Below the pieces are notes generated by a model. The model was not told the DNA's origin and did no database searches. It saw only the letters and a list, made by a program, of their open reading frames with translations. This document shows, in pieces, positions 40,485-52,672 of a stretch of DNA of 64,000 bases. Numbering within the stretch: the first letter of the stretch is position 1; every line of letters starts with the position of its first letter. The translations under genes and the position numbers were made by a program. Origin of the DNA: Geopsychrobacteraceae bacterium (GTDB taxonomy: Bacteria; Desulfobacterota; Desulfuromonadia; Desulfuromonadales; Geopsychrobacteraceae). The stretch is taken from assembly GCA_963662315.1 (NCBI GenBank), contig OY759353.1:768001-832000 (forward strand). The letters run 5' to 3'.

Positions 40485-41420
40485 ATGGTTTTATCTGAAA
40501 ATATCAAGATCAGAGCGGCTACTTTTTCTGTGTGCGGGGCACTGTCCCTGGCTATTATCAAACTTATTATTGCCTTTTTCAGTGGCTCGATGGCAGTTCT
40601 GGCCTCAGCAATCGATTCACTACTGGACATTCTGATGTCAGGCGTTAATTTTGCAGCTATTCGGCATGCGGAGCAACCCCCCGATCAAAGGCACCCTTTT
40701 GGGCATGGGAAATTTGAAACTCTTGCAACGCTGATCCAGGCACTAGTTATTTTTTCTTCCGGAGGCTGGGTTGTCTATGAAGCGGTGACACGCTTAAATC
40801 AGGGGCAACGCTTGAATAACCTTAATCAGGGGATAGGAGTTCTGGCTTTAAGTTCCGTAGTCTCCTGGTTTATTGCCCGCCATCTGTCGAATGTGGCCAA
40901 ACTGACGGACTCAACGGCTCTTGAGGCCGACTCCCTGCATTTCAGAATGGATATTTATACCAACCTGGGCTTGATGGCTGGTTTATTGTTTGTTCGTTGG
41001 TTTAAGATTTACTGGCTAGATTCGGCATTATCCATTCTAGTTGCTTCATATATCCTTCATGAAGCTGTTCAACTTGTAAAACGAAGCCTTACCGACATGC
41101 TTGATCAAGAGTTGCCAGAGGATATTCAGAATCATGTTCATCAGTTAATTCTCAGCCACGATGGTCCCCTGTCCGGCTATCATGGTTTAAGAACCCGGCG
41201 GGCCGGATCGTTAAAAATAATGGATTTTCATCTTGAAGTCTGCAAAGACATGACCGTTTCTGAAGCACATAAACTTACTGATAGTCTTGAGAAACGGATC
41301 GAAAGAGAAATTCCTGGTTCTGATGTCATTATCCACATTGATCCTTGTGATGCTGTAGAATGTCCGGGACGTGACAAATGCTTGTTAACCAGGAGTCGGG
41401 TTATAAATAAGCTTAAATAG
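40485..41420 (+). CDS. Cation diffusion facilitator (FieF-like)
   Basis: 'ASAIDSLLD', 'HPFGHGKFE', 'ADSLHFRMD', 'IIHIDP'. Confidence 0.9.
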   Translation: MVLSENIKIRAATFSVCGALSLAIIKLIIAFFSGSMAVLASAIDSLLDILMSGVNFAAIRHAEQPPDQRHPFGHGKFETLATLIQALVIFSSGGWVVYEAVTRLNQGQRLNNLNQGIGVLALSSVVSWFIARHLSNVAKLTDSTALEADSLHFRMDIYTNLGLMAGLLFVRWFKIYWLDSALSILVASYILHEAVQLVKRSLTDMLDQELPEDIQNHVHQLILSHDGPLSGYHGLRTRRAGSLKIMDFHLEVCKDMTVSEAHKLTDSLEKRIEREIPGSDVIIHIDPCDAVECPGRDKCLLTRSRVINKLK

Positions 41421-41486
41421 ATTTGATAAGACCGCAAACGAATATTTGAGCAAGCCCTCTTTTAGTAGCGGAGGGCTGGTTTAGCC

Positions 41487-42575
41487 TTATCTCCCCATGC
41501 AGATCCCCAAAGCTTCAGCGGTAGCAACCAGATCGCCTGCCGGATCAACCAGGTTTTGTCGTGATACGGCATCACGTAAGTTGACACTTTCTATGGTTGT
41601 GCCTTTTAAGGCGACCATTTTGTTGTAGCTATGGTTGGCAATAAGTTCAACAGCTTTTACCCCGAAGCGTGTTGCCAGAATTCTGTCAAACGGAACGGGA
41701 GATCCGCCCCTTTGCAGATGCCCCAAGGTAACGACTCTGGTTTCAATATCAATGCTGTGAGACATCTGGCTGGCAACCTCTTGAGCTATACCACCAAGAC
41801 GGACGGCTCCGAAGTTGGCCACAGAGATATCCTGGATGCTTTGAACTCCGCCGTGCGGGGCTGCACCTTCAGCGACCACAATGATTGAAAATTTACTGCC
41901 ATGTTCCCTGCGTTTCTGTATAGCCGCACACAATTTTTGAATTGAATAAGGTATTTCAGGGATAAGGATGGCATCGGCAGAGCCGGCAATACCAGATTCC
42001 AGAGCTATCCATCCGGCGTCTCGCCCCATTACCTCAACGACGATGGCACGATGATGGCTCTCGGCGGTAGTATGCAGACGGTCGAGCGCCTCGGTCACAA
42101 TACTAACAGCTGTTCGGTAGCCAAAGGTAATATCCGTGGCACGTAAATCATTATCAATAGTTTTCGGGACACCTACGACGTTGAGGCCTTTTTCCGCAAG
42201 CCCCAGAGCGATACGTAGCGTTCCATCGCCACCAACAGCAATAAGAGCATCTGCGCCCAGATCCGAAAAGGTTTTAATAACCTGGTCAGAGATGTCCATT
42301 ACTTCATTTTTTCCATCAATAGTTACAGGGTAACTAAATGGATTTCCTCGATTGCTTGTTCCCAGAATCGTTCCTCCTCTGGCCAGCAGCCCGCGCACGT
42401 CAGATAAATTGATATCACGCCAGCGACGAGACCCGACCAGTCCGTCAAAACCATCCTCGATACCGATAACCTTCCAGCCCTGTTGGTTGATTGCTGTTTT
42501 AGTAACAGCACGAATAACTGCGTTGAGTCCAGGACAATCCCCTCCCCCGGTTAATATAGCGACAGTTCTACTCAT
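41487..42575 (-). CDS. pfkA: 6-phosphofructokinase
   Basis: '[10 protein letters not shown]', 'GGDGT', 'PKTIDND', 'EVMGR'. Confidence 0.93.
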   Translation of the reverse strand: MSRTVAILTGGGDCPGLNAVIRAVTKTAINQQGWKVIGIEDGFDGLVGSRRWRDINLSDVRGLLARGGTILGTSNRGNPFSYPVTIDGKNEVMDISDQVIKTFSDLGADALIAVGGDGTLRIALGLAEKGLNVVGVPKTIDNDLRATDITFGYRTAVSIVTEALDRLHTTAESHHRAIVVEVMGRDAGWIALESGIAGSADAILIPEIPYSIQKLCAAIQKRREHGSKFSIIVVAEGAAPHGGVQSIQDISVANFGAVRLGGIAQEVASQMSHSIDIETRVVTLGHLQRGGSPVPFDRILATRFGVKAVELIANHSYNKMVALKGTTIESVNLRDAVSRQNLVDPAGDLVATAEALGICMGR

Positions 42576-43009
42576 TTAGACGTCTCCTTATCTGATGAAT
42601 TAATGCCTTTGGCATCTGTAGCGATTGCAAGGTTTGTAAACCCGGCCGATCTGGCCATATCCATTATTGTCACAACCAGTCCATGCTTCACATCCTGATC
42701 GGCCATCAATATGAAAGAACTATGCTTAACGATATCCTGATTCATGTTATCTAAATAAACCTGCAAGGCAGCTGTTGTTACCTGTTCACGGTCCAGGTAT
42801 ATCTCACCGGTTGAAGTAAGATAGATATGCAGATCAAGCTTTTGCTTTTCAATACGCTCCGCTCCTGACGTCGGAAGCTTGATACTTAAACCGGGCTGCT
42901 CGACAAATGTCGTTGAGATCATGAAAAAAATAAGCAGGAGAAACACCACGTCAATCATTGGCGTCAGATCAATTTTAGGAGACTCCTGAATTTTTCTGCG
43001 AAAACCCAT
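42572..43009 (-). CDS. exbD: ExbD/TolR biopolymer transport protein
   Basis: '[16 protein letters not shown]'. Confidence 0.88.
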   Translation of the reverse strand: MGFRRKIQESPKIDLTPMIDVVFLLLIFFMISTTFVEQPGLSIKLPTSGAERIEKQKLDLHIYLTSTGEIYLDREQVTTAALQVYLDNMNQDIVKHSSFILMADQDVKHGLVVTIMDMARSAGFTNLAIATDAKGINSSDKETSK

Positions 43010-43016
43010 AATCAGA

Positions 43017-43616
43017 TTATCCTTCAAGCAGATCGATGACGTGCATCGTTGCCTCTTCGAGATCGAGAACCAGTCGATCCGAACGACTTAATAAATAGCG
43101 ATGTACAAGGATCATCGGGACAGCTACGGTTAATCCGGCGGCCGTTGTAATCAAGGCCTGTGAAATACCTCCTCCCAATGTCGCAGGAGATCCTACCCCT
43201 TCGCGAGAGATGACATTAAATGCTTCAATCATACCTAATACCGTTCCCAGCAGGCCAATCAGGGGGGCAATATTCGCGATAGTGCCAAGCAGTCCCAGGT
43301 AACGTTGTAACGAAACAGCTTCTCTCTCACCAACCTCTTCTGCGATGCCCTTTAAGTGACTACGACCGCGATCGGGATTTCTTAAGACCATGTGCAGGAT
43401 TCTGGCCAGGGCTGACTGACGTGATTGGCACAGACTGTAGGCTTCTTGAACTTTGTTGATAGTAATCAAATGGACAATCTGGACGTACAGTTTTCTTAAT
43501 TGTCTTTTCGTCTTGTAATAGGCAAAAAACCTTTCCATAAATATAGCCCAACCAATTATTGAACATAACAGGATCGGGTACATTAATGGACCGCCCTGGT
43601 GGAAAATTTCCTTCAT
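43017..43616 (-). CDS. exbB: MotA/TolQ/ExbB proton channel protein
   Basis: '[14 protein letters not shown]', '[13 protein letters not shown]'. Confidence 0.88.
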   Translation of the reverse strand: MKEIFHQGGPLMYPILLCSIIGWAIFMERFFAYYKTKRQLRKLYVQIVHLITINKVQEAYSLCQSRQSALARILHMVLRNPDRGRSHLKGIAEEVGEREAVSLQRYLGLLGTIANIAPLIGLLGTVLGMIEAFNVISREGVGSPATLGGGISQALITTAAGLTVAVPMILVHRYLLSRSDRLVLDLEEATMHVIDLLEG

Positions 43617-43641
43617 ACTGAGAGTCCGTCCTTTAGCGCAT

Positions 43642-44160
43642 TTAGGTGTTAAAATCTATATGATAGCCATGAACTGTTGAGCCGAATTCTATCAATCCAA
43701 CGGAGTGAATTGGAGAATGACGCTTGTCTGTGGGGCTTCCGGGGTTGAACATCAGTGTTCCTTTGCAGTGATGACACACCGGAATATGGCTGTGCCCGTA
43801 AACTATCACATCAAGGGATTGCCCGGCAAATAAGGAAAGAATACGATCTTCAAGACCTACAGGACTACCCCATCCATGAATCAAAGCGACCTTGTAACGA
43901 TTAATATTTAATATACGGTATTGAGGAAGTTCCATTAATCGATGATCCATGTTGCCACGAACTGAAATCATAGGAATCGGATAAAAACAGGCGGCAAGAT
44001 CTGGACAGACATGATCTCCCGCATGCAGGATGGCATCAACTCCATTAAAAGGGCCAGTTACCAGCTTTTCTGCTAAGTTTGCACATTCCTTCATATCCGT
44101 GAGGTGGGTGTCTGATAATATCCCTACGATTTTATAATCGTAGCTTTGCTTAGCCGACAT
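43642..44160 (-). CDS. YfcE-like metallophosphoesterase
   Basis: 'SDTH', 'HAGD', 'GNMD', 'GHSH', 'NPGS'. Confidence 0.9.
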   Translation of the reverse strand: MSAKQSYDYKIVGILSDTHLTDMKECANLAEKLVTGPFNGVDAILHAGDHVCPDLAACFYPIPMISVRGNMDHRLMELPQYRILNINRYKVALIHGWGSPVGLEDRILSLFAGQSLDVIVYGHSHIPVCHHCKGTLMFNPGSPTDKRHSPIHSVGLIEFGSTVHGYHIDFNT

Positions 44161-44454
44161 GACGTACTCACTTTTTTAAATAATGCTCAGAAAATAGAAA
44201 TAACATTGTAAATTTAACCTTTGGCTGAAAAATACTTTTCAGTTAAAAAATACCTTCCATGATGGAAAGATGCTGAATAATCAATATGATAGCATTTTGT
44301 TATAGACCTTAAGTCTTGACATTACTCAACGCTGCATATAGTTTTTCTGTCTACTGCACTATGATCACGTAATTATTAAAAAAAACAACGCTATACTGTT
44401 AAGTCATTAGGTTCAGTATGCCAACTCACTATCATTGCGGGAGGAGAGACCCAT

Positions 44455-46716
44455 ATGTCAATGCGTGAAGATGCCCTCAATTACCACAGTTCAGGCCGAA
44501 AAGGCAAAATCGAAGTTATCACTACCAAGCCTTGCGCGACCAGTCGTGATTTGTCCCTAGCGTATAGCCCCGGGGTTGCTGAACCCTGTCTTGAAATTGA
44601 AAAAAATCCTGATGATGCCTACAAATATACCGCAAAAGGAAATCTGGTCGCAGTAGTCTCCAACGGTACGGCTGTTCTTGGTCTTGGTAATATCGGAGCA
44701 TTGGCCGGCAAACCGGTTATGGAAGGGAAAGGCGTTTTGTTCAAGAGTTTTGCCGATATCGATGTTTTTGATATTGAAGTTGACACGCAGGATCCGGATG
44801 AGCTGATTCGTACGGTTCAGTTGTTAGAGCCAACCTTTGGCGGTATCAACTTGGAGGATATTAAAGGCCCCGAATGTTTTTATATTGAAGAGCGCCTCAA
44901 GGAATTGATGGACATTCCGGTCTTCCATGATGATCAGCATGGTACGGCAATTATTGCTGCAGCGGGAATGCTGAACGCCCTTGAGATTGTCGGCAAAAAA
45001 GTTGAAAACGTTAAGATGGTTGTCAATGGTGCCGGAGCTGCCGGAATAGCATGCGCAAACCTTGCAATCAGCATGGGTATCCAAAAAGATAATGTTATTT
45101 TATGTGATACCAAAGGTGTCATTTACAAGGGGCGTACCAATGGTATGAACGTGTATAAAGAGCGCCTAGCCGCAGATACCACAGCCAGAACCCTGGAAGA
45201 TGCAATGGTAGACGCAGATATATTCTTTGGTGTATCGGCCAAAGGCGCCTTGACCAAGGATATGTTAAAGTCTATGGCCGCTGATCCTATTGTGTTTGCT
45301 ATGGCGAACCCGGATCCTGAGATTACCCCTCCCGAAGCCAAGGCTGTGCGTAGCGATGTTATCATTGGTACTGGGCGTTCTGATTACGCAAACCAGGTGA
45401 ACAATGTTCTGTGTTTCCCCTTTCTGTTTAGGGGGGCACTGGACACCAGTGCCAGCGCCATTAACGATGCAATGAAGCTGGCTGCGGTGAAAGCTCTGGC
45501 CGAGTTGGCCAAACTTGATGTCCCTGATTCTGTACGCAAGGCCTACGGCGGGGAATTGATTCAGTTTGGTCGCGAATATATTATTCCTAAGCCGTTTGAT
45601 CCTCGTGTCCTTTTGCATGTCGCACCTGCTGTCGCACAGGCAGCTATGGATTCCGGAGTTGCAAGACGACCTATTGAAAACATGGAAAAATATTTGGAAT
45701 CTCTAGAGGCGATGCAAGGTCGCTCCAAGGAGATCATGCGTGGGCTTATCAATAAGGCCAAGGCAAACCCTAAACGTATTGTCTTCCCTGAGGGTGAAGA
45801 AGATAAGGTTCTGCGTGCTGCCCAGATTCTCTTGACCGAAAAGATCGCTTATCCGATCTTGCTTGGCAATGAGACAACGATTAAAAAACGCGCTCAAGAA
45901 ATGTTTCTTGACCTCGAGGGCATTGAAATTATCAACCCGACACAGTGTGACAAGTGCGATGATTATATTCAGACCTTGCTGGCAAAACGGCAACGTAAAG
46001 GAGTGACCCAGTCAGGTGCCCGGCGGCGTATTACAACCAATAACAATTATTTTGGGGCAATGATGGTTGCCAAAGGGGATGCGGATACCATGCTCTCAGG
46101 TATCAACCAGCATTATCCTGAGACTATCCGCCCTGCGCTCGAAGTCATAGGCAAGCAGGATAAGCTCTCTAAAGTGCATGGCATGTACATGATGGTCTTC
46201 AAGAAGAAGGTTGTGTTCTTTTCTGATGCCACTGTTGATATTGACCCGACAGCTGAAGAACTTGCTGAAACGGCCATATTGACCGCTGAGAAGGTTCGCC
46301 AGTTTGGTATTGAACCACGTGTCGCCATGTTGTCCTTTTCCAATTTTGGAAGTTCGACACATCCTTCTGCAGTGAAGGTTAAAAAAGCTACGGCACTGGT
46401 AAAACAGCAGGCTCCAAATTTAATTGTTGATGGTGAGATGCAGGCGAATGTTGCGTTGGATCCAGAATTTATGCAGACGCAGTATCCTTTCTCTGATTTA
46501 AAAGGCGACGCTAATGTCTTTATTTTTCCGGACTTACAATCTGGAAACATCAGCTATAAATTACTGAGTAAACTAGGAGGGGCTGAGGCAGTCGGGCCTA
46601 TTCTGATGGGCATGCAACACCCTGTCCATGTGCTGCAGCGTGGCGATGATGTCGTTGATATAATCAATATGGCAGCAGTTGCTGTGGTCGATGCACAGGA
46701 ATATTCCAACCGGTGA
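44455..46716 (+). CDS. maeB: NADP-dependent malic enzyme with phosphotransacetylase-like domain
   Basis: '[13 protein letters not shown]', 'FHDDQHGT', 'GAGAAG', C-terminal PTA domain. Confidence 0.96.
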   Translation: MSMREDALNYHSSGRKGKIEVITTKPCATSRDLSLAYSPGVAEPCLEIEKNPDDAYKYTAKGNLVAVVSNGTAVLGLGNIGALAGKPVMEGKGVLFKSFADIDVFDIEVDTQDPDELIRTVQLLEPTFGGINLEDIKGPECFYIEERLKELMDIPVFHDDQHGTAIIAAAGMLNALEIVGKKVENVKMVVNGAGAAGIACANLAISMGIQKDNVILCDTKGVIYKGRTNGMNVYKERLAADTTARTLEDAMVDADIFFGVSAKGALTKDMLKSMAADPIVFAMANPDPEITPPEAKAVRSDVIIGTGRSDYANQVNNVLCFPFLFRGALDTSASAINDAMKLAAVKALAELAKLDVPDSVRKAYGGELIQFGREYIIPKPFDPRVLLHVAPAVAQAAMDSGVARRPIENMEKYLESLEAMQGRSKEIMRGLINKAKANPKRIVFPEGEEDKVLRAAQILLTEKIAYPILLGNETTIKKRAQEMFLDLEGIEIINPTQCDKCDDYIQTLLAKRQRKGVTQSGARRRITTNNNYFGAMMVAKGDADTMLSGINQHYPETIRPALEVIGKQDKLSKVHGMYMMVFKKKVVFFSDATVDIDPTAEELAETAILTAEKVRQFGIEPRVAMLSFSNFGSSTHPSAVKVKKATALVKQQAPNLIVDGEMQANVALDPEFMQTQYPFSDLKGDANVFIFPDLQSGNISYKLLSKLGGAEAVGPILMGMQHPVHVLQRGDDVVDIINMAAVAVVDAQEYSNR

Positions 46717-46743
46717 GAAAGTAATCGCCTCATTGTCGATGGG

Positions 46744-46775
46744 ACGGGAGTGTAAAATTTACACTCCCGTTTTTT
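46744..46775 (+). terminator. Intrinsic terminator after maeB
   Basis: Inverted repeat ACGGGAGTGTAA...TTACACTCCCGT followed by a T-run. Confidence 0.85.
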
Positions 46776-46874
46776 ATGAAACTTCCATTTATGCACCGTT
46801 CTTGCTAGGATGCGGGCAAAATTCTGAGTAAAGATATCGTTAAAAACATAAGCTATAAAGAAAAGAGATAAACA

Positions 46875-48263
46875 ATGAAATATTGTAGTACTCGTGGTCA
46901 TGTTAAGGGATTAAGTTTTACCGAAACAATTATGATGGGTCTTGCTGATGATGGTGGACTTTTGCTGCCTGAGCAAATACCGTCTTTTTGTCAAAAAGAC
47001 ATGGAAAGCATGTCCAACCTACCCTATGCTGATCTCGCTTTTCAAATTATCTCCAGATTTGCCACTGACATACCGTCACAAGATCTAAAAGATATTATTG
47101 ACCGGTCGTATCAGTCATTTAATCATAAAGATATCACTCCGCTTATTAAGAGAAACGGTCTTTTTATCCTTGAACTGTTCCATGGTCCGACTCTGGCATT
47201 TAAAGATGTAGCGTTGCAGTTTCTGGGAAATCTGTTTGAGTATGTTCTCGCCAAAAATAATCAACGCATGAATATCATCGGCGCAACCAGTGGTGATACC
47301 GGCAGCGCAGCTATTTACGGAGTGCGCGGTAAAGATAATATCAATATTTTCATTCTTCATCCCAAGGGGAAGGTTTCATCTGTTCAGGAATTACAGATGA
47401 CTACCGTTCTTGATGAAAATGTATTCAACCTGGCGATTGAAGGCACTTTTGATGATGGCCAGTCAATTGTTAAAGAGATATTTGGTGATCTGAAGTTCAA
47501 GGAAGAACATGCTCTTGGTGCGGTAAACTCCATCAATTGGGCGCGTGTCCTTGCCCAGGTGGTTTATTATTTTTATGCCTGGTTTCGGGTCCAGGAGCAA
47601 ACGGGTGCTGAACGCGTTGAATTCTCAGTGCCTACCGGAAATTTTGGTGATATTTTTGCTGGTTATATCGCCAAGCAGATGGGGGTTCCGGTTAACAGGC
47701 TTATTTTAGCGACCAATGCCAACAATATCCTGAGTCGCTTTGTGACCAATGGTGATTATTCCACCGCTGAGGTTCAGCATTCCCTTTCTCCTTCTATGGA
47801 TATACAGGTTGCCAGTAATTTTGAACGGTATCTCTATTATCTTTATAACTGTGATGCCGTGAAGGTTCAGCAAGCGATGGATAGTTTCAGGCGGTCTGGC
47901 TGTTTGCATTTCAGTGTTGAGGAAATGGATCAGGTTGCTGCTGATTTCGCTTCCGCCTATATAACTGATGAGCAGACCATTGCGACTATTTCCCAATTTT
48001 ATGCTGAAACTCAATACGTTCTGGACCCTCATACGGCCGTTGGCATAGCTGTTGGTAAAAAAATTGGAACGCCCGGTATCCCTCTAGTCTGTCTGGCAAC
48101 AGCCCACCCGGCCAAATTTGGCGAGACGGTTGAAGCGGCAATTCAGCTTACACCTGAATTACCAGCAGCCTTTGCCGATCTGAAAATGAGAGAAAGGCGT
48201 GTTGCTATTCTCAAAGCTGAGACAGAAATCATAAAAAAATACGTTGCGGAAAATTCGATCTGA
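46875..48263 (+). CDS. thrC: Threonine synthase
   Basis: 'ELFHGPTLAFKD', 'ATSGDTG', 'NSINWAR', 'PTGNFG'. Confidence 0.96.
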   Translation: MKYCSTRGHVKGLSFTETIMMGLADDGGLLLPEQIPSFCQKDMESMSNLPYADLAFQIISRFATDIPSQDLKDIIDRSYQSFNHKDITPLIKRNGLFILELFHGPTLAFKDVALQFLGNLFEYVLAKNNQRMNIIGATSGDTGSAAIYGVRGKDNINIFILHPKGKVSSVQELQMTTVLDENVFNLAIEGTFDDGQSIVKEIFGDLKFKEEHALGAVNSINWARVLAQVVYYFYAWFRVQEQTGAERVEFSVPTGNFGDIFAGYIAKQMGVPVNRLILATNANNILSRFVTNGDYSTAEVQHSLSPSMDIQVASNFERYLYYLYNCDAVKVQQAMDSFRRSGCLHFSVEEMDQVAADFASAYITDEQTIATISQFYAETQYVLDPHTAVGIAVGKKIGTPGIPLVCLATAHPAKFGETVEAAIQLTPELPAAFADLKMRERRVAILKAETEIIKKYVAENSI

Positions 48264-48360
48264 CAGACTGGTTTTTTATGAGTTGCCATGCTAGATTTCT
48301 TAATTAGAAGAAGCTTTTGGGTAGAATTTTAGAAACTTTTTTAAATTGTGGGAGGACGGC

Positions 48361-49182
48361 ATGGAAAACATATCGACAGACAAAATTTTAGAATTAGCCC
48401 AAAGTTATGGCCTACCATTGGTGTGGGCCTTAATTATTTTGGTCGTTGGCCGTATCGCGTCAGGAATAATTTCTAATGCGGTTGCCAAGGTAATGATCAA
48501 AAGTAAGGTTGATGAGACACTGGTCAGGTTCATGAAGAGCCTGATTTATATGGGACTCATGACTTTTGTCGTTTTGGCAGCTCTTGGCAAGCTAGGAATT
48601 GAGACAACATCCTTTGCCGCCATCATTGCCGCTGCTGGTTTGGCGATTGGCCTTTCATTGCAGGGAACTCTTGGTAACTTCGCAGCGGGTGTCATGTTGA
48701 TTCTCTTTCGTCCTTTTAAGGCGGGCGATTTTGTTGACGCTGGCGGGGTGTCTGGGGTTGTCGAGGAGGTGCAGATTTTTAGCACAAAAATGCGTTCCGG
48801 CGATAACAAAGAGATTATTGTTCCCAATGGTCAAATCGTTGGAGGAACCATCGTTAACTATTCAGCCAAGCCGACGCGACGGGTTGATCTGGTAATCGGG
48901 GTCAGTTATCAAGATGATTTAAAAAAAGTACGTTCAGTGCTTGAACAAGTGCTCAGTGAGGATGAGCGGGTATTAAAAGATCCTGCGCCAACTATTGGCG
49001 TTCTTGAATTAGCTGACAGTAGTGTTAATTTCGCCGTACGGCCGTGGGTAAATAGCGGTGACTATTGGCCTACGCTGTTTGCTTTGCAGGAAAATATTAA
49101 GTTGCGCTTTGATGCAGAAGGGATTTCCATCCCCTTCCCGCAACGTGATGTCCATATTGTAAAGGATGATCAGGTTGCATGA
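48361..49182 (+). CDS. mscS: Small-conductance mechanosensitive channel
   Basis: 'GLAIGLSLQGTLGNFAAG', 'RPFKAGD', 'GISIPFPQRDVH'. Confidence 0.92.
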   Translation: MENISTDKILELAQSYGLPLVWALIILVVGRIASGIISNAVAKVMIKSKVDETLVRFMKSLIYMGLMTFVVLAALGKLGIETTSFAAIIAAAGLAIGLSLQGTLGNFAAGVMLILFRPFKAGDFVDAGGVSGVVEEVQIFSTKMRSGDNKEIIVPNGQIVGGTIVNYSAKPTRRVDLVIGVSYQDDLKKVRSVLEQVLSEDERVLKDPAPTIGVLELADSSVNFAVRPWVNSGDYWPTLFALQENIKLRFDAEGISIPFPQRDVHIVKDDQVA

Positions 49183-49252
49183 CCGATCAGATCTAATAAG
49201 CTTGCCTTGCATTTGGATGAAGACCTTGATGCTTTACCTTTTTCCATTCAAC

Positions 49253-49282
49253 AAAAAAGCCCCGGAACTCCGGGGCTTTTTT
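49253..49282. terminator. Bidirectional terminator between mscS and glnA
   Basis: AAAAAAGCCCCGG-aact-CCGGGGCTTTTTT. Confidence 0.88.
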
Positions 49283-49302
49283 GTTGATACTCGGTCTCGA
49301 TA

Positions 49303-50712
49303 TTAGCAATCGAAATAGAGGGAGAACTCAAGTGGTACTGGACGCATACGAACAGTATCAACCTCAGCTTCTTTTTTATAGCTGATCCACATATCGATAA
49401 CATCTTTAGTGAAGACATCGCCTTTGAGGAGGAATTCATGGTCAGCCTCAAGGTTAGCCAGCGCATCTTCAAGAGAGCTTGCAACATTTGGAATGTCTTT
49501 AAGCTCTTCAGGAGAAAGACCGTAAATGTCTTTATCTAGGGGTTGGCCTGGATCGATTTTGTTTTCGATACCATCAAGACCTGCCATAAGCTGGGCAGCA
49601 AAGGCCAGATAACCGTTGGCAGAAGCATCAGGAGTACGGTATTCAACACGTTTGGCTTTTTCGTTGCTGGTAACAGGAATACGCAGCGAAGCAGAACGGT
49701 TACGGTTTGAGTAAGCCAGGTTGACAGGAGCTTCAAAACCAGGAACAAGACGTTTGTAGGAGTTGGTGGTTGGGTTGGTAAATGCACACAGCGCCTTAGC
49801 GTGTTTCATAATACCACCAATGTAGTACATAGCAATTTTAGAGAGACCACCATAGCCATCACCTGCGAACAGGTTTTTACCGTCTTTCCAGATTGACTGG
49901 TGGCAGTGCATACCTGAACCGTTGTCACCGAAAATTGGCTTAGGCATAAAAGTAACTGTTTTGCCATTACGGAAAGCGACATTTTTGATGATGTATTTGA
50001 ACCACTGGAGGTTATCACCCATTTTCAACAGTGAATCAAAACGCATATCGATTTCAATCTGGCCACCGGTAGCTACTTCATGGTGCCCACATTCGATGGT
50101 CAGTCCGCATTCTTGCAGAACGATCATCATTTCATTACGCAGATCGATCATGCTGTCGGTCGGAGCGCATGGAAAGTAACCCTCTTTGTTGCGAGGTTTG
50201 TAACCAAGGTTAGGGAATTCTTCACGACCGGTATTCCAGATACCTTCAACGGAATCAACACTGTAGAAAGACTCATTTTGTCCTGAAGCGAAACGAACAT
50301 CATCAAAAACAAAACACTCTGGCTCAGGACCAAAATAAGCGGTATCACCAATGCCACTTGACTTCAGGTAAGCCTCGGCTTTTTGGGCGATAAAGCGTGG
50401 GTCTCGGGTATATCCTTCGCGGGTAATCGGATCAACGATGTTACAGATAAGACTCAGTGTGGTCATTTCTGGGAAAGGGTCGATCTTTGCAGTAGCCGCA
50501 TCCGGCAGAATCAGCATATCTGAATTGTGGATTGGCTGCCAACCACGGATTGAAGAGCCATCAAAGCCGAGACCGTCTTCAAAGATGTCAGCACTGAACT
50601 CGCTGATAGGAGTGGTGAAATGTTGCCAGATGCCAACAAAATCAAGGAATTTATAGTCGACAAACTGAACATCATTTTCTTCTGCAAATTTTACTACTTC
50701 ACTTGGGCTCAT
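49303..50712 (-). CDS. glnA: Glutamine synthetase type I
   Basis: 'FDGSSI', 'HHEVA', 'MPKP...[10 protein letters not shown]', 'NRSASLRIP'. Confidence 0.98.
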   Translation of the reverse strand: MSPSEVVKFAEENDVQFVDYKFLDFVGIWQHFTTPISEFSADIFEDGLGFDGSSIRGWQPIHNSDMLILPDAATAKIDPFPEMTTLSLICNIVDPITREGYTRDPRFIAQKAEAYLKSSGIGDTAYFGPEPECFVFDDVRFASGQNESFYSVDSVEGIWNTGREEFPNLGYKPRNKEGYFPCAPTDSMIDLRNEMMIVLQECGLTIECGHHEVATGGQIEIDMRFDSLLKMGDNLQWFKYIIKNVAFRNGKTVTFMPKPIFGDNGSGMHCHQSIWKDGKNLFAGDGYGGLSKIAMYYIGGIMKHAKALCAFTNPTTNSYKRLVPGFEAPVNLAYSNRNRSASLRIPVTSNEKAKRVEYRTPDASANGYLAFAAQLMAGLDGIENKIDPGQPLDKDIYGLSPEELKDIPNVASSLEDALANLEADHEFLLKGDVFTKDVIDMWISYKKEAEVDTVRMRPVPLEFSLYFDC

Positions 50713-50782
50713 CGTTGATTTCTCCTTTTGATTGATGATTTCCACAGGAATGTTTCTTCTTAACGAAGAAATTGATTACGAT

Positions 50783-51133
<351 letters not shown>

Positions 51134-51179
51134 TTAAAAAATGCTACTCATGATTACAGGTTAAACAGGACGAATTATA

Positions 51180-51195
51180 AGCAAATATCCTGCCA
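51180..51195 (-). promoter_or_regulatory. Sigma54 (-24/-12) promoter for glnB-glnA
   Basis: Minus strand TGGCAGGATATTTGCT. Confidence 0.8.
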
Positions 51196-51332
51196 GCTAT
51201 CAACGTTCGTTCAATAAAATAAATAGTACAAAATTTCAGACGCATAGAGGTCTGAAGAGACTAAGTCGTAACCTTCTGGTAATGTGTTAATGTTTCGGCG
51301 ACTAAAAAATGAGCAGGAATATTTTCCGGTGG

Positions 51333-52670
51333 TTACTTTTTAGACAACCCAAAAGTTTCTCTCTTCTTTAGATAGTTTATGCTTTCACAATGATAAGTCT
51401 GCGGAAACATGTCCAGTGGTTGACTGGACACTAATTCATATCCGTTATTAACTAGACATTCAAGGTCCCTGGCTAATGTCTGAGTATCACAAGATACATA
51501 TACTATATGATTTATATCAGAATTAGCAATTTTCTTTGCAATCGCATAGGCCCCATTTCTGGGTGGATCAAGAACCAGAATGTCTACAGCGCTCGTTTGC
51601 CTGATTGTGTCGATTGCTGTCTCAGCATTGTCACAGATAAAGGATGCGTTGTGGACTCCCAGTCTTTTTGCATTGGAGCAGGCCATTTTTATTGAAGAGG
51701 AAGATTCTTCAACACCAATGACACTTTTGACTTTGCGCGCCAGTGGCAGTGAAAAATTTCCCATGCCGCAATAAAGATCAACGACAGACTCATTGCCTGT
51801 TAAAGGAATCAATGTTTTGACAATAGAGACCATGCGCCGATTTTGGTCCAGATTGATCTGGGCAAAACTGCCCGCCTGGTACGCTAATCTTAACTCAGGA
51901 TTATCAATAGCAATATGCAGATTTCCATCACCAGCAATAATATCGCGCTGTTTTTTATTCCCCATTTGCAGAATGACATCAGAGTGGTTGGATAGTACTT
52001 TGATCCGGTCAGCCAGACCAGATTTGTCGTTACCCAGATAATGAACAGTGATTGCGATTTTGCCATCACTGTCAGTTGCAAGATCTATCTGCGGAATGTG
52101 ATCGGCATGTTTGCTGCCGGAAATCAGTTGGCGCAATGCCTTAAGAGTGTGATTCATCTCCGAAGAGATAAGTGGACAGGTCTCAACACTTACGACATAG
52201 CGTGACTTAGGGCGATAAAATCCGGTGATGAATCCGTCCCTGGTGTTATAACACTTAATCTGTACGCGACTACGGTAACCAAATTCTTTTGGAGCCACAA
52301 TAATTGGAAGTATTGTGTTTTCGGATACTCTGCATTTACGGATTAGCGAATCGCGAAAAAGAGAATTTTTCCATTGAGCCTGTATGTGGTATGGAAGATG
52401 CTGCCACTGACAACCACCACACTCATCGGCTACCGGGCACAATGGTTCTCTTCGATCGCACGACGGCAAAACGATTTCAACCAGTTGAGCCTCAGCGTAA
52501 TTTTTTTTGGAATGTGTAATACGAAAGCGCACCACATCCCCTACCGCTACCTTTGGGATAAAAACTACCTGTCCATTGTAGCGGATGAGGCCATTGCCAC
52601 CATTAACCAAACTTTCAACGGTTAATGGTGGAGAGACATCAAAATCTGCTGGGGTAATTGCTTTGCTCAA
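51333..52670 (-). CDS. rlmD: 23S rRNA (uracil-5)-methyltransferase, RlmD/TrmA family
   Basis: TRAM domain, 'CGGCQWQH', 'DLYCGMGNF', 'LDPPR', 'YVSC', 'DMFPQT'. Confidence 0.88.
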   Translation of the reverse strand: MSKAITPADFDVSPPLTVESLVNGGNGLIRYNGQVVFIPKVAVGDVVRFRITHSKKNYAEAQLVEIVLPSCDRREPLCPVADECGGCQWQHLPYHIQAQWKNSLFRDSLIRKCRVSENTILPIIVAPKEFGYRSRVQIKCYNTRDGFITGFYRPKSRYVVSVETCPLISSEMNHTLKALRQLISGSKHADHIPQIDLATDSDGKIAITVHYLGNDKSGLADRIKVLSNHSDVILQMGNKKQRDIIAGDGNLHIAIDNPELRLAYQAGSFAQINLDQNRRMVSIVKTLIPLTGNESVVDLYCGMGNFSLPLARKVKSVIGVEESSSSIKMACSNAKRLGVHNASFICDNAETAIDTIRQTSAVDILVLDPPRNGAYAIAKKIANSDINHIVYVSCDTQTLARDLECLVNNGYELVSSQPLDMFPQTYHCESINYLKKRETFGLSKK

Positions 52671-52672
52671 TA